Source: Octopus vulgaris (taxonomy: Eukaryota). Taken from it: DNA of 64,000 nucleotides. Positions 1 through 12,360 of the stretch are shown in pieces (position 1 is the first letter of the stretch; every line of letters starts with the position of its first letter). The notes below the pieces were generated by a model that was given only the letters and a program-made list of their open reading frames with translations, was not told where the DNA came from and did not search any database. The position numbers and the translations under genes are program-made. The stretch is taken from contig OX597816.1 in NCBI GenBank assembly GCA_951406725.2, positions 161,944,001 through 162,008,000 on the forward strand. Reading direction: 5' to 3'.

Positions 1-149
1 GCCGAGGTCGACTTTACCTTTCATCCTTTCGGGGTCGATAAATTAAGTACCAGTTACGCACTGGGGTCGATGTAATCGACTTAATATCTATGTCTGTCCT
101 TGTTTGTCCCTTCTATGTTTAGCCCCTTGTGGGTAATAAAGAAATAGGT
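1..149 (+). mobile_element. SINE family A, 3' part (truncated by window edge)
   Basis: GCCGAGGTCGACTTT(A/G)CCTTTCATCCTTTCGGGGTCGATAAATTAAGTACCAG core recurs at ~2056, 35700, 35860, 36020 and inverted at ~62210. The core resembles the MetaSINE-type central domain (from memory). Confidence 0.8.
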
Positions 150-440
150 CATATATCGCGGTTTCGATTCGCAGACCGGGCGTTGTGAGTGTTTATTGAG
201 CGAAAACACTTAAAGCTCCACGTGACTCCGGCAGGGGTTGTGGCGAACCCTGCTGTACTCTTTCATCACAACTTTTTCTGACTCTTTCTTCCTGTTTCTA
301 TTGTACCTTGTCACACTTTATGTCACGCTGAATCTCCCCAAGAACTATGTTAAGGGTACACGTGTTTGTGTACTTGCGCGTTATTTCACGAGCAGATTGC
401 ATCAACTGGAACCCTCGTCGTCGTAACCGACGGAGTGCCG
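150..440 (+). mobile_element. tRNA-derived SINE family B, 5'-truncated
   Basis: GGTTTCGATTC B-box followed by GACCGGGCGTTGTGAGTGTTTATTGAGCGAAAACAC..AAAGCTCCAC; same body at 44750, 47670-48050 (minus), 57585-57890 (minus) and 60090. Confidence 0.8.
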
Positions 441-444
441 TAGT

Positions 445-1335
445 AAGTTGTATAGGAATATCACAGCTCAAGCAAGCAACGTAAGAAACAGAAAAATATG
501 GGAAATAAAAGACAGCTCAATCCTTCACAAAATCAATAATTAAAGCACAAGAATGGCAAAAAGAAGGAAAGAAAAATTCTACAGAAATAAAATATAGCAA
601 AAAATGTGCGAAAAAATGAAAGCCTGAAACAAGATGCTAAATCGGAAAGAATCTGTTGGTATGAGAAGCGACAACGATCCTTTGAACAAAATAAACAATA
701 CGACTCTAACACAAAAGAATTTTATCGAGACTTAGATCAAAATAAAATAGAAATCAATACACCACTGACGGCAAAAGTTGTCGAAGAGTACTATGAAGTA
801 TGGGTAACAAGAAGATATTGTTCAAAACAACAAACGCTGCAACTTAAACAATTGTGTGAGATTATAAACAATACGAGGAGTAACCCAAACGCTACAGAAT
901 ACAAAGAACCTGGAAGACACCAAGGAATGATAAAATCTTAAACTTTTGAGTGAAATATTTAACAAACATATATAAAGAGCTTGTGAAAATAGTTAATAAC
1001 ATACTATTAAAACCATAAACAAATCCTTTCTGTCTTACTGGGAGGTGATCCATCTTAATCCCATTGACCAAATAAACGACAATCCCTAAATGCTTCAGGC
1101 CCCAAACTCGACTTCCTAAATCTTATAAACAACTAACTGCAATATTGAAGATAAGCAAACATCTGAAAAAAGAAAAACAACAACACCAACAACAACAACA
1201 ATCCTCATTTCTGGAATGGCAGAGGGAGGTTGCAAAATATAAGTTGACCATAAACGTGTAAACGTAAATTATTGGTAAACGAAGCGAGTTCTGGAGATTG
1301 TGGATGGATAAGGAAGAGTCTGAGCATAACATGAA
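445..1335 (+). pseudogene. Degraded R4/Dong-like non-LTR retrotransposon ORF fragment
   Basis: ORF 606-941 has AKSERICWYEKRQRSFEQNKQYDSNTKEFYRDL, resembling the R4/Dong pre-RT motif AKxxRLRRYxKRxxxxxQNxxFxxNxKxFYRxL. Downstream frameshifted remnants resemble EQRGC and WIDxxKAYD. Confidence 0.55.
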
Positions 1336-1649
1336 TTTACTATCAGGAATCTTTTGACAGTGTTTCGCATACTGAGAGCTTTAGCCATGAGAAAAGATAC
1401 CGTCTTATTACACCAATAATAAGCAGCTCCTTGGAGTTGGTTGGTCACTTATCTCTTTCACTTAGGCATCTTCGATCCACTCATCTCTCCATCTATCGTC
1501 CCCTGCCCCACACTATTTCCGGTCCTTTTTCTCAGACCAACGTATTTTGATTTAAGAGCGACCGACATGAACTAGTAATATTTTACACATAAGTGCCGCT
1601 ATGATTTCCCAACTACATAATTCCAGGATCAGTCAAACTGCAGGGAACA

Positions 1650-2260
1650 TACGGTAAGTGTCTTCCATTATAGCCTCGGGCCAACCAAAACTTTATGGGT
1701 TGATTTAGTAGACGGAAACTGAAAGAAGCTCATCATATATATATATATATATATATCTATATGTGTGTGTGTTTGTGTGTGTGTGTGAGTGTGTGCGAGG
1801 GTATGCGCGTGTGTGTGTGTGCATTTGTGTCTGTGTATGTGCCCTCCCAATGCATGACAACCGGTGTTGGTGTGTTTACGTCCCCGGAACTTATCAGTTC
1901 GCTAAAAGAGAATGACAGAATATGTACCAGACTATAAGAAAATAAGTACTGGGGTCGATTTGTTCGCTAAGACGGCGAGCAGGCAGAAACGTTAGCATGC
2001 TGGGTGAAATGCTTAGCCTATTTCATCCGGCACTACTTTCTGAGTTGAAATTCTGCCGAGGTCGACTTTGCCTTTTATCCTTTCGGGGTCGGTAAATTAA
2101 GTACCAGTTGGGTACGGGGTCGATCTAATCGACTGGCCCCTTCTCCAAAATGTCGGGCCTTGTGCCTAGAATTGAAAAGAATTTGTTCAAGTAAAAATTC
2201 TTCATAGTGGTGCCCCAGCATGGCCGCAGTCTAATGACTGCTTGAAGTAAGGGATAAAAT
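1650..2260 (+). mobile_element. SINE family D (internal TA/TG microsatellite) interrupted by a family A SINE at ~1972-2180
   Basis: AAGTGTCTTC..TATAGCCTCGGGCC..GTAGACGGAAACTGAAAGAAGC, then microsatellite, then GACAACCGGTGTTGGTGTGTTTACGTCCCC. The tail GTGCCCCAGCATGGCCGCAGTCTAATGACTG resumes after the family A insert. Confidence 0.75.
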
Positions 2261-3293
2261 ATATACTACCTATGTTCATAATATTAGTTTCAAATTTTGG
2301 CACATGGCCAGCAACCTCGGGGGGAGGTGGTAAGTTAATTACTTCGACCCCAGTGTTCAACTGGTAGCTAGTTTATCGACCCAGAAAAGAGGAAAGGCAA
2401 TGTTGACCTCGACGGAATTTGAATGCAGAATGTAGTCAGGGGTCGATAAAATAATTATCAGTCATGGACTGGGCTCGATGTACTTAACTTATTCCCGACC
2501 CCGAAATTGCTGGCCTTGTGCCAAATTTTGAAACTAGTATTATCTAATAAGTTCATCTATTGGGAGCAGAATTAAGGCCCGACGTCGTGGATAGGAATTC
2601 ACTTCTCAACAAGGCACAAAAATGCTATTCAAATTTGTGCTTAAATAATTGACGTTAGATGGAAGTCAGTACAACACTCGGATGGTTAGATTCTCGTGTT
2701 TATTTCTCTTTTCTTTTTAAAGCGAATAGTTTCGAATGGAGAAGTGAAGTTGTTGAGAAGTAGATTGAATTTAAGTTTTGTAAAATTCACGTTGACGCCA
2801 TTTCAATTCTGTTATTTCTTCACTTACACGTGTATATATAAATATATACATTCTTATAAACACGCGTTCACCCACATATGCGAACATTCATACATATGCT
2901 TAATATGAATGTATACTGTTAGGTATGCATGCATGCAAACATATGTATATATGTATATGTATGTGTCTATGCGCGCGCACACACACACGCATACACATAT
3001 ATACATAAATACACATATGTGCGTGTATATATATATATATATATATATGAATATGTAACCACATACACACACGTATATATATATACATGAACATACATAC
3101 ATATATACAAACACATACAGATATATATATATATATATATATAGGTATGTATACACACACACACACATATATATATACCCACGCGTATATATGTTTGTAT
3201 CTACATACATACACAAATAAATAGTCACATTCTTTAATTTTCTCTTCTTTTATAAACCTAATTGCCGAAAATCTCCAAACGCTCTTCCTGTAG

Positions 3294-3412
<119 letters not shown>

Positions 3413-4315
3413 TTATTTATATAATTATGTATTTTTTTATCTTTTGAGTTTTCGTAAAACTGTAATTCTACACACGTTTTCTTTTCAAGAAATTAAATTC
3501 TGGACCATTTACTACTAATAGCAGCAGCAACAACAACGGCAGCGGTAGCCTCGGCAGCAGCAGTAGCAGCACTAGTACAAATGGTAAATAGGAACCATTT
3601 ACTCGAAGATTTCCATTAGATAGTGCTTTATTTCTTTATTTGATATTTAGAATTCTTTGGGAAACAGATTCTTTAATGAGAACATAATACACTTACACAC
3701 CCATATGTATACACACATATGTACGTATACACATACAAACGCGTATGTGTATGTATATATGTATCTATGTATGCAGGTGTGTATATCTATGTAGGTATGT
3801 ATATGTATGTATATATATATATATATACCAACATATGTATATATATATACATATATACATATATACATACATATATACATATATACATAATATATATATA
3901 TACATACATATATATATATACATACATATATATATACATATATATAAATATGGGTGTGTGTGTATGCATATATATATATACATATATACGTGTGTATACA
4001 TATATACATACACATATATACGTTGTATATGTATATATATATATATATACACTCGTATGTGTATATGTATATATATATGTATACATGTAAATGTGTATGT
4101 ATATATATATATGTATAGATATACACACATACATATCTGTGTATGTGTGTATGTGTGTATGTGTGTAAGAATCGGTATGTGGCTTTTCTTTTAAACACAT
4201 TTTAACCCACATGCAAATGGCGTATTTGCATTAATTGAACTGAGATAATGTTTATAGTGAAAGAAACAGTTTCACTATCGTGATAAACAATGGGAATTGA
4301 GAACACGCTGCTACC

Positions 4316-4455
4316 GTGAATGATGCCGCTGACGTGGAAGCCGATGATGCTGACGACGACGATGATGATGATAATGGTGAGGTTGATGACGACGAAGGCA
4401 ACAACGATGACAGCGTTGATGATGAAGGCAATGACCACGAGGGCAATAACGACCG

Positions 4456-4486
<31 letters not shown>

Positions 4487-4488
4487 GG

Positions 4489-4529
<41 letters not shown>

Positions 4530-4612
4530 GTGATGATGCCAATGGTGATGATGCCGATGACGATGATGATAATGATGATGATGATGATGATGACATCGAC
4601 GACCATAATAAC
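4316..4612. repeat. (GAT/GAC)n trinucleotide tract
   Basis: Directly visible; yields poly-D/M/S/I pseudo-ORFs. Confidence 0.95.
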
Positions 4613-4863
4613 AATTAATAATGGTTTAAATGTTAGGTACAAGGCTAGCAATTTCGCGCGAGGGTACAAGTCGGTTACATCGATCCCTCTGTTACATCGA
4701 CCCCTCAACTCGTATTTATTTTATCGATCCCAAAAAAAAAAGGACGAAAAGCAAAGGTCGACCTCAATGGAATTTGAACTCAGAACGTAAAGACGGATGT
4801 AATACCGCTAAATATTTTATCCTACGTTCTAAGGGGCTCGCCGTTTTAAGGACAACTAATAGT

Positions 4864-4892
4864 AACAACAACAACAACAAAAACAATAACTG

Positions 4893-4974
<82 letters not shown>
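4864..4974. repeat. (AAC)n-(AAT)n compound microsatellite
   Basis: Directly visible. Confidence 0.95.
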
Positions 4975-5519
4975 TGCTTCTAATATTGACACAAGGCCTG
5001 ACAGATTTGGTAGGGAGTAGGTTAGATGATTACAATGACCTCTGTGTCAGGCTGGTTCTAGACTGCCATGAGACTATGAGAATTGGTAAATAGCGCAATA
5101 GAACAAGGTTACCGTCTCTTATGAACTGTCATTCACGCTTTTGTCCCACTTCGGGCGAATTCACATCTGGAACCACCAATTCTGATTGTCTGTCTCCTTA
5201 TCGAGAAGCATAGAGGTGGCTCTGTGAAGATTTGAGCTGCCATATTACCCTTTAATTGTTCGACACAGTAAGTTAAAGTCAAGGATCCTCTGAGTATTTC
5301 GACTAATCGTGCCCATCCCACAGTACAAAGAGTGTTCCATGATGGTAGAGTAATCTTAATACGACGATCATCATCCAGTCAGGCTGATTGCCTGGGCCAG
5401 CCTGACTATCTCACTCCATCCCTGCCGATCTTCTATTAGTGTTTTCAGGTCTTCAGCTTAGCATCCAACATCTTCTGCAAGCTGTTGTATACAGGTCTCC
5501 ATGGTCTTCCAACTGCTGT

Positions 5520-5690
5520 GGTACCATGATTTGGTGTCCACAGCGTTACGAAGATAAGGCTACGATTCACACGGCTTATGTTATTCTAAATTGGTGCGAA
5601 GAGCACAGAAGTGAAGTAGACCACTTGCATTAGCGCCCACAATCTTCTGTTCTCAGTATAATCGAATATTTCTGGGGCATTGTGGAGCAG
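5520..5690 (+). pseudogene. Tc1-like DD34E transposase C-terminal relic
   Basis: Translation YEDKATIHTA..NWCEEHRSEVDHLH*RPQSSVLSIIEYFWG resembles the Tc1 motifs FQDDNAPIH and WPPQSPDLNPIEHLW. Confidence 0.55.
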
Positions 5691-6051
5691 TAAATGAGGG
5701 GACACTTCCCTCCGACATTGTAACTGAGAAACAAAAGTAGGTTTTACTTGAATAATAGCTCAAAATTTTCCTAGTATGTTTATGGATATTTACGCATACG
5801 CATGTATGCGTGTTTATATATACACACATATACATATATACATATATATATATGTATATATATATATATGTGTGTGTACGTGTGTGTATGTGTGTATGAT
5901 GTATGTATATATGTATACATATATATATGTATACATATATATATATACATACATGAGAGTAAGAGTATATATATGTATATATTCAAGCATACATGTATAC
6001 ACACACTTCCATATTTATATATATTGTAGACAGATAGGCGCATGGCTAATG

Positions 6052-6385
6052 AAGGCGCATGGCTCAGTGGTTAGAGCGTCGAGCTTACGATCGTGAGGTT
6101 GTGAGTTCGAATCCCGGACCAGGCTGCGTGTTGTGTTCTTTTGCAAGACACTTTATTTCACGTTGCTCAAGTTCACTCAGCTATAGAAATGAGTTGCGAC
6201 GTCACAGGCGCCAAGCTGTTTCGGCCCTTGCTTTTCCCTTGGATAACACTGGTGGCATGGAAAAGGGAGGCCGGTATGCATGGGCGACTGCTCGTCTTCC
6301 ATAAACAACCTCGCCCGGACTTGTGCCTGGGAGAGTAACTTTCTAGGTGCAATCCCATGGTCAGTCATGACCGTAGGGGGTCCCA
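6052..6385 (+). mobile_element. tRNA-derived SINE family C, full length
   Basis: A-box TGGCTCAGTGG, B-box GTTCGAATC, then TTGTGTTCTT..GCAAGACACTTTATTTCAC; colinear copy at 20613-20935. Confidence 0.85.
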
Positions 6386-6435
6386 ACAGACAGATAGGGA
6401 AATAAAAGATACATAAATAGACACACATACATAAA

Positions 6436-6920
6436 TACTGGGTTGGTAAGAAATTTGTTTCGTTTATTGCAATTAGATAGAGTTTTTTGAATGACTTTAG
6501 CCAGTGTTATGAATTTTCCTTTTGATATTTGATAGCCGTTAATTTTAGCTCACTTTAGAAGCAAATTGCGCGTAATTTTGCTTAGGGCTGTTAGTTCAGT
6601 GTCAATTTTAATATGAAGTACAAAACCGAACATATTCGCCATATTTTGCTTTGTTTTATTTCCATAAAGACAAGAAAGCTGCAGAAGCTCACAAAGAGAT
6701 ATGTCAGAAATGGTTTAAAAATTGCGTTCTGGAGATTTTTCACTCAAAGATGACCAACGTTCAGGTCGACCTACTGAAGATGATGATGACCCAATCAAAA
6801 ACATAATTGAATTTGATAGTGCGAGAGATTGTAGAGAGGTTAAATGTATCACACACAACAATTGAAAATCACTTAAAATGTCTTGGACTCGTTAAGAAAC
6901 TCGATATTTGGTTTCCACAT
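6436..6920 (+). mobile_element. Mariner transposon 5' remnant (TIR plus HTH region of transposase), mellifera-like
   Basis: TA-CTGGGTTGG terminus. From ATG 6613, with frameshifts: MKYKTEHIRHILL..KKAAEAHKEIC..KWFKK..SGDFSLKDDQRSGRPTE..VREIVERLNVSHTTIENHLKCLGLVKKLDIWFPH (WVPHEL motif). Cut off by a SINE. Confidence 0.88.
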
Positions 6921-6921
6921 A

Positions 6922-7056
6922 AATTTAGGTGCTTTAGATGTTTTCGCTCAATAAACACTCACAACGCTCTGTCTGGGAATCGAAACCGCGATACCATCAC
7001 CGCAATCCTATGACCGCAAGTCCGCTGCCCTAACCACTAGGACATTCCACGTCCAC
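6922..7056 (-). mobile_element. SINE family B, 5' half
   Basis: Reverse complement of CCTAGTGGTTAGGGCAGCGGAC..GGTTTCGATTCCCAGAC..GTTGTGAGTGTTTATTGAGCGAAAACA. Confidence 0.8.
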
Positions 7057-7107
7057 AGTAATATATATATATACGTACATCTACACACACGTATGTGCTC
7101 CAGTATG

Positions 7108-7174
<67 letters not shown>

Positions 7175-7414
7175 GTATATATATATATTTATATACATAT
7201 ATGTATATATATATATATAGATGTATATATATGAATATATATACATATATCTATATATATAGATGTGTATATATGCGAATATATATACGTATATATATAT
7301 ATATGTATAAATCTCTCTCTCTCTCTCTTTATATATATATATATATATATATACATACATATCTACATATACATATACATACATACGTACATACATACAT
7401 ATATATATATATCT

Positions 7415-7705
7415 TATAGCCTCAAGCTGACCAAAGCCTTGTGAGTGGATTTCGTACACGGAAACTGAAAGAATATCGTATATATGTGTATATTTGTTTG
7501 TCTGTGTATCTGTGTTTGTACCACCACGATCGCTTGACAACCGATGTTTCTGTATTCACGTTCCCGTAACTTAGCGGTTCGGCATAAGACACTAATAGAA
7601 TAAGTACTAGGCTTACAAAGAATAAATACTGGAGTGAATTTGCTCGATTAAAGGAGGTGCTCCAGCACGGCCGCATTCGCATGACTGAAACAAGTAAAAC
7701 AATAG
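7415..7705 (+). mobile_element. SINE family D, 5'-truncated
   Basis: GACCAAAGCCTTGTGAGTGGATTT..CGGAAACTGAAAGAA, short microsatellite, CGCTTGACAACCGATG..GGTGCTCCAGCACGGCCGCA..GACTGAAACAAG. Confidence 0.8.
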
Positions 7706-7756
7706 AAAAATATTCCATTTTAATCCCGAGCAACGCCGGTTATCTCTGATAGAAAA

Positions 7757-7830
<74 letters not shown>

Positions 7831-7831
<1 letters not shown>

Positions 7832-8040
7832 CGGGAAGCTTTATGAAAATAAACTAAAGACGAAGGCAGGTGGAATACAAACAAACAATTGTATTAGTAT
7901 GGCGCTCAGGAATATAAATAAAACAAGTCTTTTACGTTTCGAGCCTACGCTCTTCAACAGAAAGATACACAGAAAAGAAACACGGAGAGAAACAAGGAGA
8001 GAAAAAAAATGCGTGCAGAAGCTAGCGAATCAACATGGCG
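7831..8040 (-). mobile_element. (TA)n-adjacent PLE-type mini-element with minimal hammerhead motif
   Basis: Homologous to 21662-21836, 23155-23288 and 49558-49790; abuts a (TA)n run. Confidence 0.75.
7928..7965 (-). ncRNA. Minimal hammerhead ribozyme-like motif (variant core)
   Basis: Minus strand TCTTT-CTGTTGAA-GAGC(GTAG)GCTC-GAAAC-GTA-AAAGA: stem I TCTTT/AAAGA, 4-bp stem II, GAAA, GUA triplet; A6 replaced by U. Confidence 0.6.
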
Positions 8041-8844
8041 ATAAAGCATATACGTATATAGATATGCATGTAAGTATACACTCTCAGCTTTAATTTTTAT
8101 CATCCTCACGTCGATGATAATTATAAGACGAAACTCAATTAACTCTAATATTTTTAAGTAAATGTACTAGAATATAGCTAAAGTTTTGCAATGAAATAAT
8201 TAAATACACTAAAATAATATGATTATTTTACTATATCTATGTATTTAACTATAAATAAGCTTTTAATATTATTTAATAAAACACATATACTAGTATAAAG
8301 GAAATATAATTATTTAGTTATAAGGAAATCCACTTTAATGCAGCATTTTAACATAATACATTTCTCCACTTTAGTACACACGAGTTCAAAATAGTTCTGC
8401 GTAGATATATATTGCGACTATACAAGCAGACGACAAGACGAACTGAAGTAAGCTGTTACGTAACTTGTACTTGTATTATCTAGTTCACCAGATTTAACTA
8501 CATGTGAAACTATTATATGGTATCACAGCTTTACATATGTTTGCATTTAACTTGGAACATAACAGTTTTCACACATATATATATATATCGAGATTTGAAT
8601 GTGCGTGTGTGTGACAAAATTGTGATTATATATTTTCTCACTTATATCCATATTTATATATGCACAAATACTAATATTTAGGTATATATATACATATATA
8701 TATATGTGAATATGTGTGCATTTCGTGTCTATGTATGTATGTATGTATGTATGTATGTATGTATGTATGTATGTATGTATATGTATGTATGTATCTATCT
8801 ATCTTCCTATGTATGTATGTGTGCATGCCTGTATTTGTGTGCCT

Positions 8845-9024
8845 TTTTTGTCGCCATCGCTTGACAACCGATGTTGGTGTGTTTCCATCCCCGTCACTTA
8901 GCGGTTCAGCAAAAAGAAATCGATAGAATAAATGCTAGGCTTAAAAAGAATAAGTCTTGGGGACGATTTGTTTGACCAAAGGCAGTGCTCCAGCATGACC
9001 GCAGTCAAATGACGGAAACAAATA

Positions 9025-9025
<1 letters not shown>
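8845..9025 (+). mobile_element. SINE family D, 3' half
   Basis: CCATCGCTTGACAACCGATGTTGGTGTG..GGCAGTGCTCCAGCATGACCGCAGTCAAATGAC. Confidence 0.8.
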
Positions 9026-9099
<74 letters not shown>

Positions 9100-9123
9100 C
9101 ATACATACATACGTATATATATA

Positions 9124-11011
9124 TGATTGATTGATTGATTGATTGATTGATTCTAGTTTCAGCTTATGAGCTGTGGCCATGCTGGGGCACCGCCATTTTG
9201 TGTTGCTACTTGGTTTCACTTCATGGAGGCTTTCTAGCAGCTGCTATTTGGTGCATGAGAGAGTTCGATGCAGCTGCCCTCATCTGCCCCTCCTGCCGTG
9301 AAGTTGGTTCATCTGGGACACCTGACAGGAAGAGATCCAGCTTCATTTTAAAGACATCTGTATCCACCCCATGCAGGTCTCTCAGGTTCTTCGGGAGGAT
9401 ATTGAAGAGCTGTGGGCCTCGGAAGCCCAGGCTATCACAGTATCTTGTCCTACATCTTGATGGCAGGTTTGGAGTCCTAGGCACCACGCAGTGGCGCCCA
9501 GTTCTGGCATTTGCGTAACTCTCGATGCCAAAGTTCAGGACACTTCCCTCCAGGATCTTCCAGATGTATATTATGGCATATCTTTCCCGCCTACGCTCCA
9601 AGGAATATAATTTTAATCTCTTGAGTCTTTCCCAGTAGCTTACATTCTGCATAGAGGCTATCTTCTTTGTGTAGCTTCGTTGGATCGCCTCAAGTTCTGT
9701 GATCAACTTGACACTGGATGGTGACCATAGCTGAGAGCAATAGTCAAAGTGGCTTAGGACAAGTGTCTTCCAGAGGACCATCATGGTTTCTTGTTCTCTT
9801 GTTCTAAAGGTTCTAAGAATCCATCCAGCCAGCCGTCTACATTTCATTGTCAGTTTAGCAACATGTACATGAAAGGTCGCGTCATCACTCATGTGAATAC
9901 CCAGGTCACGCACTGATTGTGCCTCTGGGATTGCAATCCCTCCGGGTCCAGTGTATTCATTGGGTATTGCATTCAGTTTTGCATGCTGATAGTATAAAGC
10001 TTGAAACTTTCCAGCATTGAACTGCATGCTATTCTTTTCAGCCCACTTGTATATTTCGTCCAGCTCACATTGCAGGTGTTTAGTGTCCTCAGGGTTCTGT
10101 ATTGCCTGTGAAACTTTTGTATCATCTGCATAACTTGTGATCGTGGCTCTCTGCGTGGCTGAGGGCATGTCTGAGAGGGCCATTATGAACAGTAGTGGTC
10201 CCAGAACAGTGCCCTGCGGAACACCGCTCACTATTTGTGTGTTAATGGAGGTGGCCCCATTGGATACTACCACCTGACTTCTATCCTTCAGAAAGTCATG
10301 AAGCCATTCTCCCAGTTTTCCAACTATGTTGAGATCACGCAGTTTGTGACATATCATTCCATGATCGACTTTATCAAAGGCCTTTGCAAAGTCGAGATAT
10401 ATCACTTCCACATTTGAGTGGTTGAGCAGCCGTTTCAGCACCCAGTCATAGTGTTGTAGGAGCTGAGTTAAACAGCTTCTCCCTGGTCGGAAACCATGTT
10501 GGGTGTCGGGCAGCAAGTCATTCTCTTCAAGGAAGGTGATCAGCTTCCTTCTGACTATTCGTTCCATGACCTTGCTGATGTGTGAGGTCAGAGAGATAGG
10601 CCTATAGTTCTTGGCTTCCGCTCTGCTACCTCCTTTATGAATGGGGCATATTTTACCTTCCTTCAGTTTTCCTGGAAGTTTGCCAGCTGCAAGGAAGCTC
10701 TGAAAGAGGAACTGCAGTGGTCTTGCTAGGACTCTCTTACATGCTTTTAGGAGGATTGCCGGGAATCCATCGGGGCCAGTAGCTGAGTCTGTTTTCATTT
10801 CATCTATAGCCTTCGTTACATCGTCTTCCTTTATATCGATGTAATCTATCGTCGCCGCCTCTGATTTTATATCTGCAGTGGTAAAAAAGTCAGTTGGATT
10901 GGTGATTTGGAGATGCCCAAGGGGTGGAGTGAAAACACTCTTGAATTGCTCATTCAGTATTTCACTTACCCTCATTGGTTTTCCTGTAAGTGTGCCATCC
11001 TTTTCGAGGAT
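9124..11011 (-). mobile_element. CR1-clade LINE, 5'-truncated, with 3' UTR and (AATC)n tail, inserted in (TA)n
   Basis: Contains the RT ORF, a short 3' UTR with terminal stem-loop and a (TGAT)n tail on the plus strand at 9124-9152; (TA)n on both sides. Confidence 0.93.
9221..11011 (-). CDS. LINE ORF2 reverse transcriptase, N-terminally truncated (~596 uninterrupted codons)
   Basis: Motifs [88 protein letters not shown]. The ORF-track Met at 11095 lies in the TA repeat and is not a real start. Confidence 0.95.
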   Translation of the reverse strand: MLEKDGTLTGKPMRVSEILNEQFKSVFTPPLGHLQITNPTDFFTTADIKSEAATIDYIDIKEDDVTKAIDEMKTDSATGPDGFPAILLKACKRVLARPLQFLFQSFLAAGKLPGKLKEGKICPIHKGGSRAEAKNYRPISLTSHISKVMERIVRRKLITFLEENDLLPDTQHGFRPGRSCLTQLLQHYDWVLKRLLNHSNVEVIYLDFAKAFDKVDHGMICHKLRDLNIVGKLGEWLHDFLKDRSQVVVSNGATSINTQIVSGVPQGTVLGPLLFIMALSDMPSATQRATITSYADDTKVSQAIQNPEDTKHLQCELDEIYKWAEKNSMQFNAGKFQALYYQHAKLNAIPNEYTGPGGIAIPEAQSVRDLGIHMSDDATFHVHVAKLTMKCRRLAGWILRTFRTREQETMMVLWKTLVLSHFDYCSQLWSPSSVKLITELEAIQRSYTKKIASMQNVSYWERLKRLKLYSLERRRERYAIIYIWKILEGSVLNFGIESYANARTGRHCVVPRTPNLPSRCRTRYCDSLGFRGPQLFNILPKNLRDLHGVDTDVFKMKLDLFLSGVPDEPTSRQEGQMRAAASNSLMHQIAAARKPP

Positions 11012-11021
11012 ATAAAATATA

Positions 11022-11091
<70 letters not shown>

Positions 11092-11092
<1 letters not shown>

Positions 11093-11300
11093 CACAACTC
11101 AGTTCCCGGGTTACATGGCGTATCTATTCCATTCCTTGGATGGGACGCCAATCGGGAGCAAAATTTACCATCTGAGTAGACTGGGATGACGCGAAATGAA
11201 ATATTTTGCCTGGCAACACAACGCATCGCCCGGTCCAGAAATGGAAACCACAATTTTACGATCATGTGTGCTACACCCTAACCACTACGCCACGCGCCTC
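11092..11300 (-). mobile_element. tRNA-derived SINE related to family C, diverged
   Basis: Minus strand GAGGCGCGTGGCGTAGTGGTTAGGGTG..GGTTTCCATTTCTGGACCGGGCGATGCGTTGTGTTGCCAGGCAAAATATTTCATTTC. Confidence 0.65.
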
Positions 11301-11848
11301 TACACGCACACATACACACAAACATATATATGTATATACGCTGTATGTTCATATATGTATATATTTATCTGCATATGTATGTGTACGTATACATATGTGA
11401 ATATATATGTGTATATATATATATATGTATATATATATATGTATATCTATGTCTATGTTTATATATATGTGTGTGTGCGTGCGTGCTTGTGTGAGTATGT
11501 GTGCGTGTGTGTGTGTATGCGTCTGTGTGCTAATGCATTTATGCATTCAGTTTGGTTAATACATAGAAATGCACTTTATACTTGTTTTCTTTGTCTTCAT
11601 ATTTCTTGAGTGACCCTATTCAGGAATTTTTACTTTTAGGCTTTTAAACTATAATCAATTCACATCTGATTTACTTCGCTCATTTTATTCTATTTCAGTT
11701 TAGTTTTTACATTTTAAGTACTTAGCAATAAAATTCTGTAAATTCCTTTGACTCTGAGGTACATAGTGAATTCTTTATGCCAGCAGACACCAATAAACAA
11801 AAGCCTAAACAAGCACCCATACGTGTGTGTGTGTGTGTATGTGTGTGT

Positions 11849-11894
<46 letters not shown>

Positions 11895-11910
11895 GTATAT
11901 TTATACATAT

Positions 11911-11952
<42 letters not shown>

Positions 11953-12139
11953 CATATATACATGCATACATACAATATATGTATGCGTGTGTCTATATAG
12001 ACTTATATATGTTTATATGTCTATATACGTATATATCTATATATCTATACATATATATATATATGTGTGTGTATGTGTGTGTGTGCGTGTGTGTGTTTGT
12101 GTGTGAGTTTGTGTGTATGGTTCAAAATAGTGTAAAATA

Positions 12140-12360
12140 GACAAAAAAATTGAAAAGACATAGATTGGTGAGGGAACGACAAAAATGGTGTATTAGTTTG
12201 GCGTTCAGGAGAAATGGAAAAGTCTTCGACGTTTCGTGCCTACGCTCTTCTAGAGAAAAGATCGAGGAGAGGAAACACAAATATTGCAGCATGAACTTAA
12301 CGCATCAAAGAAAGGAAAAATCCTGAAGTTTCAGACGCAAGCCCTTTCTCAGAAGAAATA
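12140..12360 (-). mobile_element. Degenerate HHR mini-element region with two decayed hammerhead motifs
   Basis: 12223-12261 minus: CTCTAGAA-GAGC(GTAG)GCAC-GAAAC-GTC, followed by the family motif CCTGAACGCCAAACTAATAC. 12321-12356 minus: TCTT-CTGAGAAA-GGGC(TTGC)GTCT-GAAAC-TTC-AGGA. Confidence 0.55.

Noticed and set aside
4202-4790. Poly-Asp acidic protein candidate
   Set aside because: (GAT)n microsatellite with no splice or homology support.
6052-6125. tRNA gene (also 20613, 44750 and ~48000)
   Set aside because: A and B boxes are present but there is no proper acceptor stem, and each continues into a SINE body; these are SINE heads.
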